A DNA stretch of 61,131 nucleotides, filler included, from Rhabdomonas costata (Eukaryota), in the NCBI GenBank assembly GCA_019059605.1. It is 14 parts of 14 records of this genome, joined end to end, with 100 filler letters (N's around TTAATTAATTAA, not from the genome) between each part and the next. Parts side by side here need not be neighbours in the genome. Positions count along the whole stretch, not along the records: positions 21,606 to 25,816 come from JAHMHO010000311.1; positions 25,917 to 30,124 come from JAHMHO010000312.1; positions 30,225 to 34,430 come from JAHMHO010000313.1; positions 34,531 to 38,734 come from JAHMHO010000314.1; 10 more parts are not named here. One strand, given 5' to 3'. This document shows, one piece after another, positions 25,171-37,140 of the stretch; position 1 is the stretch's first letter, and each line of letters starts with the position of its first letter. Both the position numbers and the translations under genes were made by a program. A model generated the notes under the pieces. The model made no database searches. It was not told the DNA's origin and saw nothing but the letters and a program-made list of their open reading frames with translations.

Positions 25171-26513
25171 GTATGTGGGATGGTGGATGGGTGTGAAAGG
25201 AGAAGATGGGGTACTATTGAACTTGGAGGAGTTGAGAGACAGTTTTCCTTTTTCTTAGACGGATTTCACACCGCCCAAGAAAAAGCAGAAAAACAGCAAA
25301 GCTTCGTCAGGGTACCAAACCTGCAGAGTGAACACGCAGGAATGTCACATTGAAAGAAAGGTAGTTCGGTTTTCTGCTTTGCACACTGTCCTCTAAAGTT
25401 CTAACACCGTGCTTCCAGCACCCGGAAAAGACACCGTTTCCTCTGGGATTTGGCGGGCCCTGTTGGGGTGAAGGTGCTTGACAAACTTGGTCCGGGGCCG
25501 GCGAGCAGAGAACAGGTAGAAATTCACGACGAGGAGGTGGATGACCGCGATGACGGCAGAACGTGCACGGAGAGCTCGGAAAGCGATACCTCGGAGGCAG
25601 GGGAGTCACCACTTCAATTTGGTGGTTGAGAAAACCAAAGTTTCGCACGTTCTTCTCCTTTTCCACCAAAGTTTGTTTTCCACCAAAAACTTACATCTCT
25701 CATTCGTTTCGGAACTCACCCACCCCCCCCCTCCAGCCTGCACCGCCGCAAGGGCGGGGAGAAACCCATGCACGGGGAGCCCACATACAGTCCCCCACCA
25801 CAGCACGCCGCACCACNNNNNNNNNNNNNNNNNNNNNNNNNNNNNNNNNNNNNNNNNNNNTTAATTAATTAANNNNNNNNNNNNNNNNNNNNNNNNNNNN
25901 NNNNNNNNNNNNNNNNGGGGGTGGTGGCTGTTTGTGAGATGAGCGCTTTGCAGCTGCCAAAGACTGCGCTGCGTCGGTTGATCCCGGCACGAATGGGGCG
26001 TCTGTTGGCGCACGGTGCACAGTTAAAAAAGGAAGAAAAGCTAAAGGAAAAAGCTTGGGCAGTGGCTTTTGTCGTGTGGGGTTTGAGGCTTGCTCTGAAA
26101 TCTGTCGTCGCATCTTCTCACCCTTTTCTCCTCTTTTGTCCTTATCGTTCCCTCTCAAACAAATGAACCGAATGTGTCACAACCGAACACGAAATACAAA
26201 CGAACATGAAGCCAAGTGCAAGGAAGACCGAGATTCAGAATCACCTGCAAGCTGACGCCTTTTGCTCTCTTGTTTTCGTTTGCGCGCGCGTTTGAGTGGA
26301 AACTGGTCTCGCGTCATCCTTCCATCTTCTTCCCACCTTTTGGAGAATGTGTCCCTGTCTCTCTGTGAAGGTTGATTCTTCTCGCTGAAACCCCTGGTCA
26401 TCCATCCTTGACAAAGCCTCTCAGTAACTGCGACCGAATACTCATTTCCCCGTCATTTTTGGACGCACATCACTTCCCAATATTGGTGACTTTTGTTGTT
26501 CTCCTCTTCGCCC

Positions 26514-27598
26514 ATGGCCAAGGTCATCCGTGTCTGTCGAAGCAACAAAAATTCGGAGGGCAAACGGCACCGACTGTCTCTGTCTCTGTCTCGCTCTCGC
26601 ACATGCGCAGCTATTTTTGCACATGTCTCTGCCTCCTGGTTTTTTTCTTGCTCTGGGGGGTTAGGGAAGGAATGCAGGGATACCTTTTTCTGTGCCGGGC
26701 GAAGGTGTGGTGGCAGAAGCTCTTCTTTGTGGTCGACCAGAAAGCGCTGTCCTACTCTGTCGATCCTCTGTCCGCCATTTGTATGCCCCCCTCTCTGTCT
26801 AGGTTGAAAGACTTTGCCCTCCGTTTCGTCAAGGGCTCACCCTTCTCACAACACAGCACTTGGATGTAAAGCTTTTTGGGTTTTTCTCACTGAACTTTCT
26901 CACTGAAAACTGGAGCCGGAGAAAGGAGAGCGTTAAGTCTTTTCAAGGACATTTTTGTTTGGTAATTAATAGAAAATATTGTTCGTGTACTCAGCCGGCT
27001 CGTGCTGACTTCTTCTTACCCCGTTGTGGTGTGGGTTGTGCCCAGCGGGGAGCATTTCCTTGAAGGAGGCAGTGGTTGCCGCGCTGGAAGAGGCCCCGGA
27101 GGGCCTGCGGTTCCGCGTCACCGCCAAGGGCAAGGAGCCCTTCGAGCTCCGCGCCGAGACAATGGAGCTCCGAACAGCTTGGTTGGCCGCGCTTTGTGCC
27201 ACTGCTCGTAAGGTGTGCCTGTCTTCTTGTGCTGACCTTTGTGCGGATAGAGCTTCCGCCTTCGCTTTCGTCTGTCTCGCACATCCATCCGCTTGAACAC
27301 ATGCCCGTGCATGAATGTGAAGAGCCATGTGGCCAAAATTCCTTTTACTTGGAAGATTTTTAAGGGGGCTTCTTTTCTTTGCGTTTTCGTTGTGTTTCTT
27401 GTGTTTCTTCCTGATGCAGTTCAGGTTGGTGATGGTTATGCTAATGGACCCACCCTTCACCGCCACCACCCTGTCGTGCAGCAGGGGGAATGGCGGGTAG
27501 AGCAGATCCACGCCTATGTCAGAGCATGCCCGAACTCATGGGGCTTGACGCCCGGCAGGAGCGCAACAGCACGGGCACATACAAAAGCAGCACGATGA
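26514..27598 (+). CDS. PH-domain protein
   Basis: MQGYLFL...WQKLFFVVDQKALSY (~26672-26769), micro-exon 26803-26822, then 27046-27212 GSISLKEA...FELRAETMELRTAWLAAL (PH C-terminal Trp helix). First and last exons are tentative. Confidence 0.75.
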
Positions 27599-27761
27599 CC
27601 CACCCCCTGGTTGTGGATGGCGTCATGGATGGGTGCCGGCTGATGGCTGGGCCTGCTCCGTGCTGTCTGCAAAGTCGCTGGCAAGAGGGCTCCACAGAAC
27701 GCGAATCAGGTGGTTTATCTTCTGTGCACCGAGACAAAATCCCAACAAGGAGAGAGCTACC

Positions 27762-28170
27762 TGGGGGTGAGGGAATTTTTTCAATCAGAGCTTTCGGAAC
27801 GTGCTGCAGTGTCTGAACAGGAGTGGAGAGGATCTGCTCCAGAGACGGAAGGTTGTCATCGAACTCATCGTCAACTTCAACTGCGACTGCAGCAGGGCGG
27901 TTATAGGGACTGGCATCTTCGGGGGGCACTTCGGCTCCGGAGCCGGCCGTATTGGACTGGGGACGAGGGCGGGGCTGTTGTAGGTCGGCGAACTGTCTTC
28001 TGCTCCCTGTTTAGGCAGGCAGGGCAGGGCTTTCCTGCAGCGTTCAACACAGCGCGATGGGGATACACCGCGGTAGTGCATCAGAAATCCTGAACCTGGC
28101 AGCCGCTTGCAGGAGATATGGACACTGTTCAAGTGGAGAAAGAGTTCTCGGGGCTCGAGCATCGAGAGAA
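27762..28170 (-). mobile_element. Degenerate CRE-clade-like non-LTR retrotransposon fragment
   Basis: Frameshifted pieces LFLHLNSVHIS...GFL..YR..C...C (Zn-finger-like) then LPSLEQILSTPVQTLQHVPKAL. They resemble the pre-RT region of CRE-type elements; recognised from memory only. Confidence 0.4.
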
Positions 28171-28520
28171 TCGTGGAAAAGGTCAATGATGGGGAAGCTT
28201 TTCTTCTTCTTCTTCTTCTTTTTAAAAATGAAAATTAAAAGCTTTGAAAATTTGAAATGAATGAAAATTTCATGAAAATTTGCATTCAAACTCAGTCGGA
28301 TTCGGCAGGAACCGACGTTTAGGCGGTGCAAGGTGCAAGTGTTGCGCTTCGAGGAGAGATTTATGATGTACATAGCCCCGGAACGCGGGAGCCTGGTGTC
28401 TTTCTATCCGAAGGTTCCCTCTTCGACAGAGGTTTGGTTACGTTCTTTTTTGCAGCGTTGTAACCCCAACCCCAACCCCTTCTACCATTTTTTCTTGCTC
28501 CCAAACCGTGCAACTGGACC

Positions 28521-30102
28521 ATGAAAGAGCAGGAGTACCTGCGCGATCACAATGTTGTGCAGTTATTCGATGATATGACTGGTGCCCTTCTTGCTGCCAA
28601 GCCTTCGGAACCGACCACATTCATAATCCAGTGGCTCCAGGCGCGGGTACATGCTCCTATTGCTCCTTTGATTTTTGAGCTAGCGGGTTTGTGCTCCTTT
28701 TGTTGGGAAGCGCTCCAGCGTGTGGGACACGTTGTCATGCTCAATGTCTTGTCATGAAGTCTTCAAGTTCAATCAGAAAGGGACGTTGTGCAGTGACAGA
28801 CTTGGGTCATGGAAGTTTATGTTGCGGCTTTTTTCGTGAGAGAATCCACTTCCTTTTACCTGGTCTCCACACAGCGCCCTCCAACGTTGAAGCTTAACAC
28901 CAGCAACCAGAACAAGTTCAAAGAATTTCAGCGCATCTTCGGTTCCCACGGGATCACTCTGGAGAGCACTGGTGCGTTGCTAGCAAGCTAGATTTTGGTT
29001 TACCTCTGCCTCTGCACTATTAATAAATGCGCTCTTGGCGTCTTTTTTTGTCAGCCGTTGATCTGAAGGAGATCGACGCTGAGCCCGAAAAGGTCATTGC
29101 CCACAAAGCTACGCAGGTTCCTTATGGCGTAGCACTCTACGGTGTTTGGGCGTCCACTGCTACACAGTGAAAGATGGCTTTCCTGCAAAAGGGCCTGCCG
29201 GTGACAGCACAACGCCGCACGCCCCAAAACGGAAAGATCTACTTTCAGGCAACGGGTTCGAGAACCCTTCTGCTTTGGGTTTCTGCGGAAATCTCAATTC
29301 CGGACTGAATGGCTGGTGAAGGAATCCAGATGGAATCAGATAAGCGAAACTGGTGAAATTTGGATGAATGATATTAAGTTGAGAAACATCCTCCTTTTGC
29401 AACACCAGTGTGGGGACAACGTCATCTGCGAAGACACATCACTTGATGTCGAAGGCGCAGATGTTGGCGTCAGTGTTCGCTGGTTGATGGAGAAGCTCAC
29501 AGACTACGTCGGTCTGTCCTTCCTGCTCTTTTTGGGCAATTCCTCATAATTCAGTCTCTTTGCTGTCGCGTATTTTTGGTGTCACGTTTTCGCTGTTTTT
29601 TTTTTTTGCAGTTATTTGTGGATTCGGTCAATTGGGATAGCCGGTTGGGAAAGCGCTTTCCTTTTCTGGGGGGGTTTTGACAAGTTTTCTCGTTTAGAAT
29701 TCTATGCATTTCTATGCGTTCTTTTCTCTGCAATTTGAGCCCTCTTCTAGCTTGTTTCTCTCCAGTCTGGTAGCACCGCAACTGTGTTCGTTTCTGCAAG
29801 GGGCTTTGCACTTCATTTTCGTTTTTTGTACTTCGATTGACATGCGAATTTTCTTCTTCTTTTTTTCTTCGCCTTTTGCAACAATTGAAAGTACAATATC
29901 AAGCCTCCCTGAAAGGCAGTGTGCATTCTGAGGACACATCAGGGCGAAAACAGCCCTGCTGGGTATTTTCCGGGGCACCCAGGTCGGAAGGCAAGGTGGA
30001 GGGTTCTTCTCGGGGTGAAGAAGGCTGACGTGGTGGAGCTCTACGAGGGCATCGTTCATGGGCAAATCGTCCATCCCCGTGGGGACAGCAACTTTGGCTT
30101 CT
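28521..30102 (+). CDS. Ham1/ITPase (non-canonical purine NTP pyrophosphatase) with N-terminal RIIa/Dpy-30-like domain; 3' partial
   Basis: Exons 28521-28646, 28875-28971, 29055-29116, 29409-29511 and 29983-contig end. Motifs LNTSNQNKFKEF, DLKEIDA, AHKA, CEDTSLDV, GIVHGQIVHPRGDSNFGF. N-terminus EYLRDHNVVQLFDDMTGALLAAKPSEPTTFIIQWL. Confidence 0.88.
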
Positions 30103-30671
30103 TCACCCCGAGAAGAACCCACCANNNNNNNNNNNNNNNNNNNNNNNNNNNNNNNNNNNNNNNNNNNNTTAATTAATTAANNNNNNNNNNNNNNNNNNNN
30201 NNNNNNNNNNNNNNNNNNNNNNNNGGGTTGTGGCTGCATCTTCCTGTGACAATTAAATATTTAACTAATTTATCTTTTTTTAGACTTCGATTGGATGTAG
30301 GACTGAAGTTAGAAGTTGTATGGGTTGGTATGGTTGCATGGGAGAGTGGATGGGCAGAGGGTTGGATTTCAGGGTCTTGTATTTGAGTACAAGTACAAGT
30401 AAGTTTTGCACCTGAGGATAAGTGCCTAGACTCAGGGTGCGCCGGGTCAAAAGGAAGACTAACAGAACACTCAATTTACCAAGACTGTCCAACCCCCCCT
30501 GAAGCTAGTCCAACCGTTGCTTCCTGAAAAGCCAGCCTTCCACCCAACTTCCCGCAGAAAAACTCGAGACGTCCACAATTCAGACTGATTCAGACGAGCC
30601 CGCATCCCTGCATCCCTGCAAGCGGCAATGGTGGAAAACAGAAGTCCAAAAGAAAGTTTCAGCCCCCAAAC

Positions 30672-33600
30672 CTCTTGCTTCAGCTTCACCAGGAGCTTGT
30701 CCACAAAAACCATCTTCGCACTGGCCTTCACCAGAACTTCGGCGGGGTCTGCGGTGATACCACACCCACCCTGCCACTCCCTGTCTCCAGCCTCACTCAA
30801 GCAAGCAATCAGCAATATGCAGAAATGCTCTTTTCGTAACCACGAAACCGTGTGGTCCAGTTGTCCGGGGAACAAGTGGAGGTTGTGGAAGTGACTCAAC
30901 CGCACAGGTTACTCCAGCAAAGCATGTACCTTCATTATGAGCAGCAGCGGCCATGGGGGCGTCGACAGCAGCCGTGGCGGTCGACCTCTGCTCCGCCCCG
31001 GGCAGCAGGAAGGGGTGGTTGCACACCTTCCGCAGCTCCATCACCACGTTAATCAGCCGCGGAACGTTGGTCTTGTGTGAGACTCCCTGCACCAGGAAGT
31101 CCCGGTTGCGCTCAATCACTGCGCAAAAAGAAAAACGCAGGTGATGGCAGGTGGTAGTAGGTGGTCGATGACACCCAAAATCCGATTCACGAATCACGAA
31201 CGCTTTGCGATATCGTTGAATTGCTATGTTCCCCTGATAGAGCTTGGTATGCGGCATTGAGAGCGACCGGCACAACAGCGCAACCATGATAATTAATGGG
31301 AGGTCGAAGGCCGCTGGAGAGAGCGCTACCTGCACGATAGTTCATCTTTTGGGTCTCCGTCATCGAAACTTTGACGAGTGTCTCGACCTGAAGCAAGAAG
31401 ATAGGAGAGGAAAGGGAAGAAAAAAAAGAGACGGAAAGGGAAGGACTCATACAAAACTCAAAATCAGAATTTTAACTGCGCACCCTTGTGTGGATAAGAT
31501 CTTCTATACTGAAACGTAGCCCGCATCAAAAGGGAACGGGTGGTGGTGGCGAGAAGAAAACCTTTGGAGGGATGGACTTCTCCACGTCCTCTTTCTGCCG
31601 CCGCAGCAAATACGGGGCCAGCAGCTGAATCAAATCAAAGAGGATGGAAGATAAACCCATAAGACAAACCGAAGACCCACCATCAAAACAGAACAGGTGT
31701 GTAACTCGCCTTCAGCATGAACCAACCGTGTATGGGCCCGTTCTCTTCGGTCACGTCCCACACACCTTGTGAAAGTCCTGCAGCTGCTCTGCAGTAGAAA
31801 GGTTGCCGTACCTGGAAAGCGCCATGACAGAGTATGCATGGACGCATATTAAGGCAATGTGCGCGTGAAACCCCTGCACGAACAGCGAGGCATATCTGTC
31901 AACACTACCCACATCGGATGGTCGATTACTGTGTGGTGCAGTGCAGTGCGATGAGCTGCGAAAAAAAAACATGCTCCTTCGGTGAGATAAAGCGAAGGAC
32001 TGGGCACTGAGGAAGGGGAAATGAAGCACGAAGAAAACTCAACGGAATAAAGGGCGTGGAATAGAGAGGTTACGGCTTCTTTCCACAATTCCGCCACCCC
32101 CTTACTTTCCTCAAACCGATCTACTCATGTCTATTTTTTTTTTACCAAAATGTGGGTTCATCCTTGAGGTGGTGATTCCCCGCCGGGCTTGTTTTTGCCA
32201 CCAGGTCTGAGCTGGTAGCCACAAGAGAAATAGGCTACTCATTTCTACTCAATTCAAACAAGAAGCGACCGTGGCGAAATGCAAGTGATGGACCTCTCCA
32301 AGAACTCGGACTCGTTGTGGAATCCCTCTGGGCTGAGATAGTGCAGCAGGTTGAACAGTTCCGCCATGTTGTTCTGCACCGGAGTCCCGGTGAGAATGAT
32401 GCGGTGCCGTGTCCTCAGGCCTTGCAAGGTCTGGTAGAGAATCTGCCATCACCAAAGCGCACGACGGTGGAAGACAACCCAACCATACAGAAATCACAAA
32501 AACCACTGGGCTCGCGAAACTAGCAATCAACAAGACATATAGCTTGCTTTGGTACACAAGATATTTCAAATTTTTACGGAGCTCCAAAGCATGGATAAAT
32601 TGAGTTAGGGTTCTGCGGGCGTTGGTGTGCAAAATGGCACGAGGTAAGCAAGACATGAGAAGTTAGATATCGAGAGAGCAGGGTGGCGTACCCCGTCTTT
32701 GTTTCTGAGGCGGTGGCCCTCGTCCACCACGACGACCTCCCAGTGGACTGCGGAGAGGCGCTCACGCTCCTTCGATAGAACCTCGTAGGTGGTGACCAGG
32801 AGGTCCAGCCGCGGCCTCGGAACCCCCCGCACGGGGTGCCCCGAGGTGTCTCGAAACGGGAACTCGTGCCGGAAAACCAGCTCCCGCGACGCCTGGCTGC
32901 CACAGAGCAGCACGACGTTCATCGAAGTCCACCCCTCGGCTTCCTGCCACACCAATGCACACAAAAATCAGCAGCTGACACCCTGGAGGAAACATACAAG
33001 AAATCCAATTGGAAAAAAAGAAGGGCACAGAGTAGCGGTTCGGCCCGCCTCATTGCCAGGAGCCTGTCCCATGGGTATGCTTCGCCGCCTGGGCTGTCAT
33101 GCTCGGTAAGAAGACTTAAAAAGTTCTGACAGCAACAGGGCGCCGATGAGCAGGCAACCAAAAGTTGAACAAAAGCAGTCAAGTTTGGAACGGCTTTGCA
33201 TTTTGTGGTTTCGATGTACCGCTTCCACCCGGCGCTGGTGAGGAACCGTGGCCTGCATATCAGGAGCAAATTCACAAAAAGGGGGTGGTGATGGCGGAAA
33301 CCCGTTGCCAATGATCGACAGTAGACAGCGGCACCACCACAAGGAACGGGCCAGGAATGAGGTACAGCGAGCGAAGGGTCTCCAAAAACCCGATCACCTA
33401 TAAAAAAAGGCAGAGAAAAAGCGTACGCCATAAGGTGATGCTGCCTGTGTTTTGCCCACGCAATTTTGGCTGCACAGGCAGAAAGATGGGGCACATGGTG
33501 CCAGATGAGTATAACTGAGCAAGCCATTTCCAAGCCCCACAAGAGAACAACGACGATTTGGAATTAGGGACAAGCGACCAGGTGGTGAATCGCCCAAATA

Positions 33601-34014
33601 CCTGCGGGCAGAGCCATCAGTACAAGGTTCGAGAGTGTGCCGAGCGAAAGCTTGAGAGATTATGTCATAAAACTTGTGTGGGTACATCAGAACAGCGCAG
33701 CCATATCCCACACAGAAGTTGTGTTTAGGTTTTGTTTGCTCGAGCAATATCCCTTTTCAGAAGAACACTGTGCGTCCTGTGTGATGTGTGTGGTTAAGTA
33801 TATTAGTTACAGGCAAGCTTGCCTGTACGGTCTTTCCAAGACCCATCTCATCGCCCAAGATCACGGAGCGCCGCTGCAGCCACGAGTACACCATCCAAGT
33901 CACTCCTTCGCGCTGGTAGTCCCGCAGCGCATGGCCCGAGGTGAAGCTCAGAGCGGCCTCGATCTGCATACCGCACGGCACGAAACGCAACCCTTCGGCC
34001 ATGGCAGTGGTCAT
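30672..34014 (-). CDS. SNF2-family chromatin remodeller, CHD6-9-like (partial)
   Basis: Exons 34014-33823, 33397-33302, 32943-32692, 32442-32294, 31811-31766, 31624-31562, 31387-31330, 31118-30930 and 30748-30672. Motifs LRDYQREG, ILGDEMGLGKTVQ, GPFLVVVPLST, VVDEGHRLRN, LTGTPVQNN, LLRRQKEDVEKSIPPK, MELRKVCNHPFL, ASAKMVFVDKLL. Confidence 0.95.
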
Positions 34015-34934
34015 TGTCTCATTTCCTTTGAGCAGGACCGCTGAAAATTTGGCGTTTCATCCATATTTTCCCGTTTCTATTCCCGTCACGCTTGGCCCTT
34101 CACTGCGGTAAAACCGGTAAAAATGAGCGCAGGGGACAAAGGATGCGACAGTCGGTCCATAGACGTGGACACTATCTTGAGGTGGTCGATGTAAAAACTC
34201 TTGATCAACGAGATTGCAACCAGCTAACCATCACAGAAGCTGCAAAAAATATAATTGCCTGCACACTTGCACGCCACTTCGCAAGCGAATACTCAAAGAG
34301 GCGGATTCTGTTTGGCTTTTTTCCGCGGATAGGTCAGCGACGGTCCAAAGGCGTTTACACATGAGCTGCTTCACGTTACTTCACCATAGTAAGAATAACC
34401 AGCCGGGTCATAGCCACTCAAAAACCACAANNNNNNNNNNNNNNNNNNNNNNNNNNNNNNNNNNNNNNNNNNNNTTAATTAATTAANNNNNNNNNNNNNN
34501 NNNNNNNNNNNNNNNNNNNNNNNNNNNNNNGGTTTGGTGGATTGTAGCTTACCGGGTGGCCGTTAATTATTAGTTCTGTGAGACCGTGAAACCTTTACTT
34601 CTGTCAGTCGTTTGGATCACATAATTCCAGTCTTTTCCTGTTTCTTACTTGGTTGCCTTCTCGCTGCGACGCTACTCGCTTGCGACGTTTCTGACCTTGA
34701 CGCTTCTCCCTCTACAAATCTGCTGAGCATCAGTGGACAAGGGCGTGTGCTATTGCTTTTGGTTGTTTTGGACAAACTTTTAAGCCGATGCCTCCCGCTG
34801 AGGTTGCCCATCGGCAAGGAACGGCAACCCGCCTGTGTTTTTGCCGGGAACGGAGGTGCCAGATCCCCGTTTGGGTGCTGCACATCGGGCTTTCCACTTT
34901 CTCCCTGATTTTGATTGGAGCTCTGTCACATCAG

Positions 34935-36345
34935 CTGACGACGCGGTGGGGTGTGGAAGCCATTGATGCGATTGGCGTGAAGTACCGCGAGCTGGCGTGC
35001 AGCGCGGTGATGAGTACGACGACAACCTTTTTGGATCAGATCGCGGATAGCACACGTCAACTTGCGATTTATGTCGCGGAGTCGAACATCAGCTCAGGTG
35101 CGGTTGGGTCTAACGCGGTCTCACGGCCTTTCTCATCTGAGTCCCGATTTCTGGTGCAGTGTTGCTCCTTGTGTTTCCCGGTTTTCGGAGTATATAAGAC
35201 TATTGACCGCTGGGCTGGCAATTTCCCGAGGATTGTTCTCTTGCAGTATGCAGCGACACCGCATTAATGTACAGAGGATGGAATCCCCCCCCCCTGTATC
35301 TCCAGTGCTATTTACGGTTTCCACAGAATGCGCGTCGGCCCGAAACCGACAGTCTGAAAGATGGGTTAGTTGACGATGCACGCGCCGTGCAACTTTATCC
35401 GAGCGCCCCCCTCCCCTCTGCAGAACTAGATACATCGGTATTTAGGACCTAGAAGTGCACCATAGTAGGGGAGGGAGTTTACCCATACCCATACGCTCTC
35501 GAGTGGTTTTTGAGTGTGTAATTGAGCTTTTTTTTTTGAAAGATCTGCTCGAGAATTTCGGCGTCTGGATCCATTCCCAAAATGTGCGAGCATTGCACAC
35601 GCCTGCCTTATGTCAGGAAAGGTTCCCATTTTTGCTTCGACCGGTGTCAAAACCGGCAAAACACCTGTCGACAGCTGGCTTTGTTGACAGCAGGAAATGC
35701 GTTGGCCATTCCTTTCTCGATAGGTGTGCTATTCTTTTGCCATAAAAGTGAAGTACTCTGTACTGTTGTGCCTGCCATCCCTTGTTTGGTTGCGACCTCT
35801 TGATCGAGACGCAACAGCTGGAAGCTATCTTCGCAATGCTACCCAGGAAAAATTCTCCCCAGGGAAAAGTGTGCAAACTCGCACCAACTTCTAATATAGT
35901 CGTTCACGGGATGTCCAGATTATGGGGAGGTGTACAAAAGCCGCCTTGGCTGTTCAGCGTCTTCCTCATTCCCACTCCCCTCACTCTGTTCATTTCGAAT
36001 GGCAAATACGCAGGTGAACCGAGTCCTGTAGAGCTCCGGAAGCTCATGTTGACCAGAATGATGAGCTTCCAGATGAAACCAGGCCTTGTGGGCGCGTCGA
36101 CGGCCGTGGGGTTGGCGACTGGGGAGCTTCTTTCAGTGGTGACGGACAGCACAAATGGAAGCCTCTTCTGGGCCGTCAGCAACAACTTCACCGGGTACTA
36201 CAAAACGATCTGGCCAGCCACAAGGATAGAGAAGGACTGTGAGAGGTGCCCCGTGACTGCGCATGGGCTTTGGGAGGATTCGAACTGGAGGCTGCTGATG
36301 AATGAGAGCGTGGTAGTTCCAGGGCACGTCAACGCTTCCGAGCGG
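34935..36345 (+). CDS. Putative receptor extracellular (Cache-like) domain protein, partial
   Basis: Exons 34935-35097 (amphipathic helical stalk) and 36014-36345 (VGLATGELLSV...FW...NASER) join in phase 1. Several NxS/T sequons. The domain call is inference. Confidence 0.5.
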
Positions 36346-36974
36346 GTTTGTGTCTTTTCTGATCGGCGGTGGCGGTGGATGTGCGTGAATTGGAGCAGGC
36401 CAAATCGTTCGTTCCTGGGCTTCTGCTGGTAAACACGTGCTACACATTTCATTCGAAACCCAGCCACGTCTTGCTGAGACCGAATGAAAAATTGAAACTA
36501 GATGGTCAGCCGGGAAGAACCAAGGTACGTTTCTCTGGATTTCTAACGGCAAAGGTCGATTGATTATATTCTGGTGTCATGTTTTCTCTCATGGCATGTG
36601 ACGTTTGTAATGTTTCAGGAAATTTTGAGCTATTGCACGCATTACTTCTCAGGCCATTGCATCTCGTGTTTCAGGTTTCGTGGTATTTTTCAGCCAAAGC
36701 ATCGTTTTAGCTGTAACTCTCACCTTTGGCGTGACCCGCGCTATACCAGTCCTTCAGTCCACGCCCTGTCAGTCTCCTCGATGTCAAATTGTCAAAAATT
36801 TTGTAATCGCTCGCCCATTTTCTGGCCTTGGCATCGTCAACTGATGATAAATCGTCATCTGAAATGATAAATAGCGGTGGTTTGATGATGTACTAGCGTT
36901 AGTGGGTCATGGGGTCTAGGCCTCAGTGTGGTGAAGCTGATGATATGTTGATGTCCTGGTTTTGTGAACATTTC

Positions 36975-37140
36975 ACACGGGGTTTTACTGCATCCACCAG
37001 CGCCAAAAGTTCTTTTTCATGGGTCGGGTGGTTTGCTTCCTGCTTCTGGCAGTTCGCTCGGCAAGCTGTTGACAATGCGTACTCATGTTCTAAAACACAC
37101 TGGTTGTGGGATACTGCCCTTCCCACCCCCACTGTCCCTT
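36975..37140 (-). mobile_element. Ty3/Gypsy RNase H relic
   Basis: TVGVGRAVS...EANHPTHEKELLALVDAVK matches the Gypsy RT-RNaseH motif (E.NYPTHEKELLA.V.AL). Frameshifted. Confidence 0.75.

Noticed and set aside
18415..30102. AKAP7-like gene plus D/D-ITPase as a linked anchoring system
   Set aside because: They are on different contigs, and the 2H protein shows no PKA-binding helix after GYY.CE.
30749..30929. Apparent non-conventional intron in CHD
   Set aside because: Resolved as GT-AG using cgcag|ac (NE-DPAEV). I found no homology-supported euglenid-type non-conventional intron in the window.
32128..32143. tgtctattttttttt resembling the Euglena spliced-leader 3' part
   Set aside because: Low complexity, with no leader 5' half, GT donor or Sm site.
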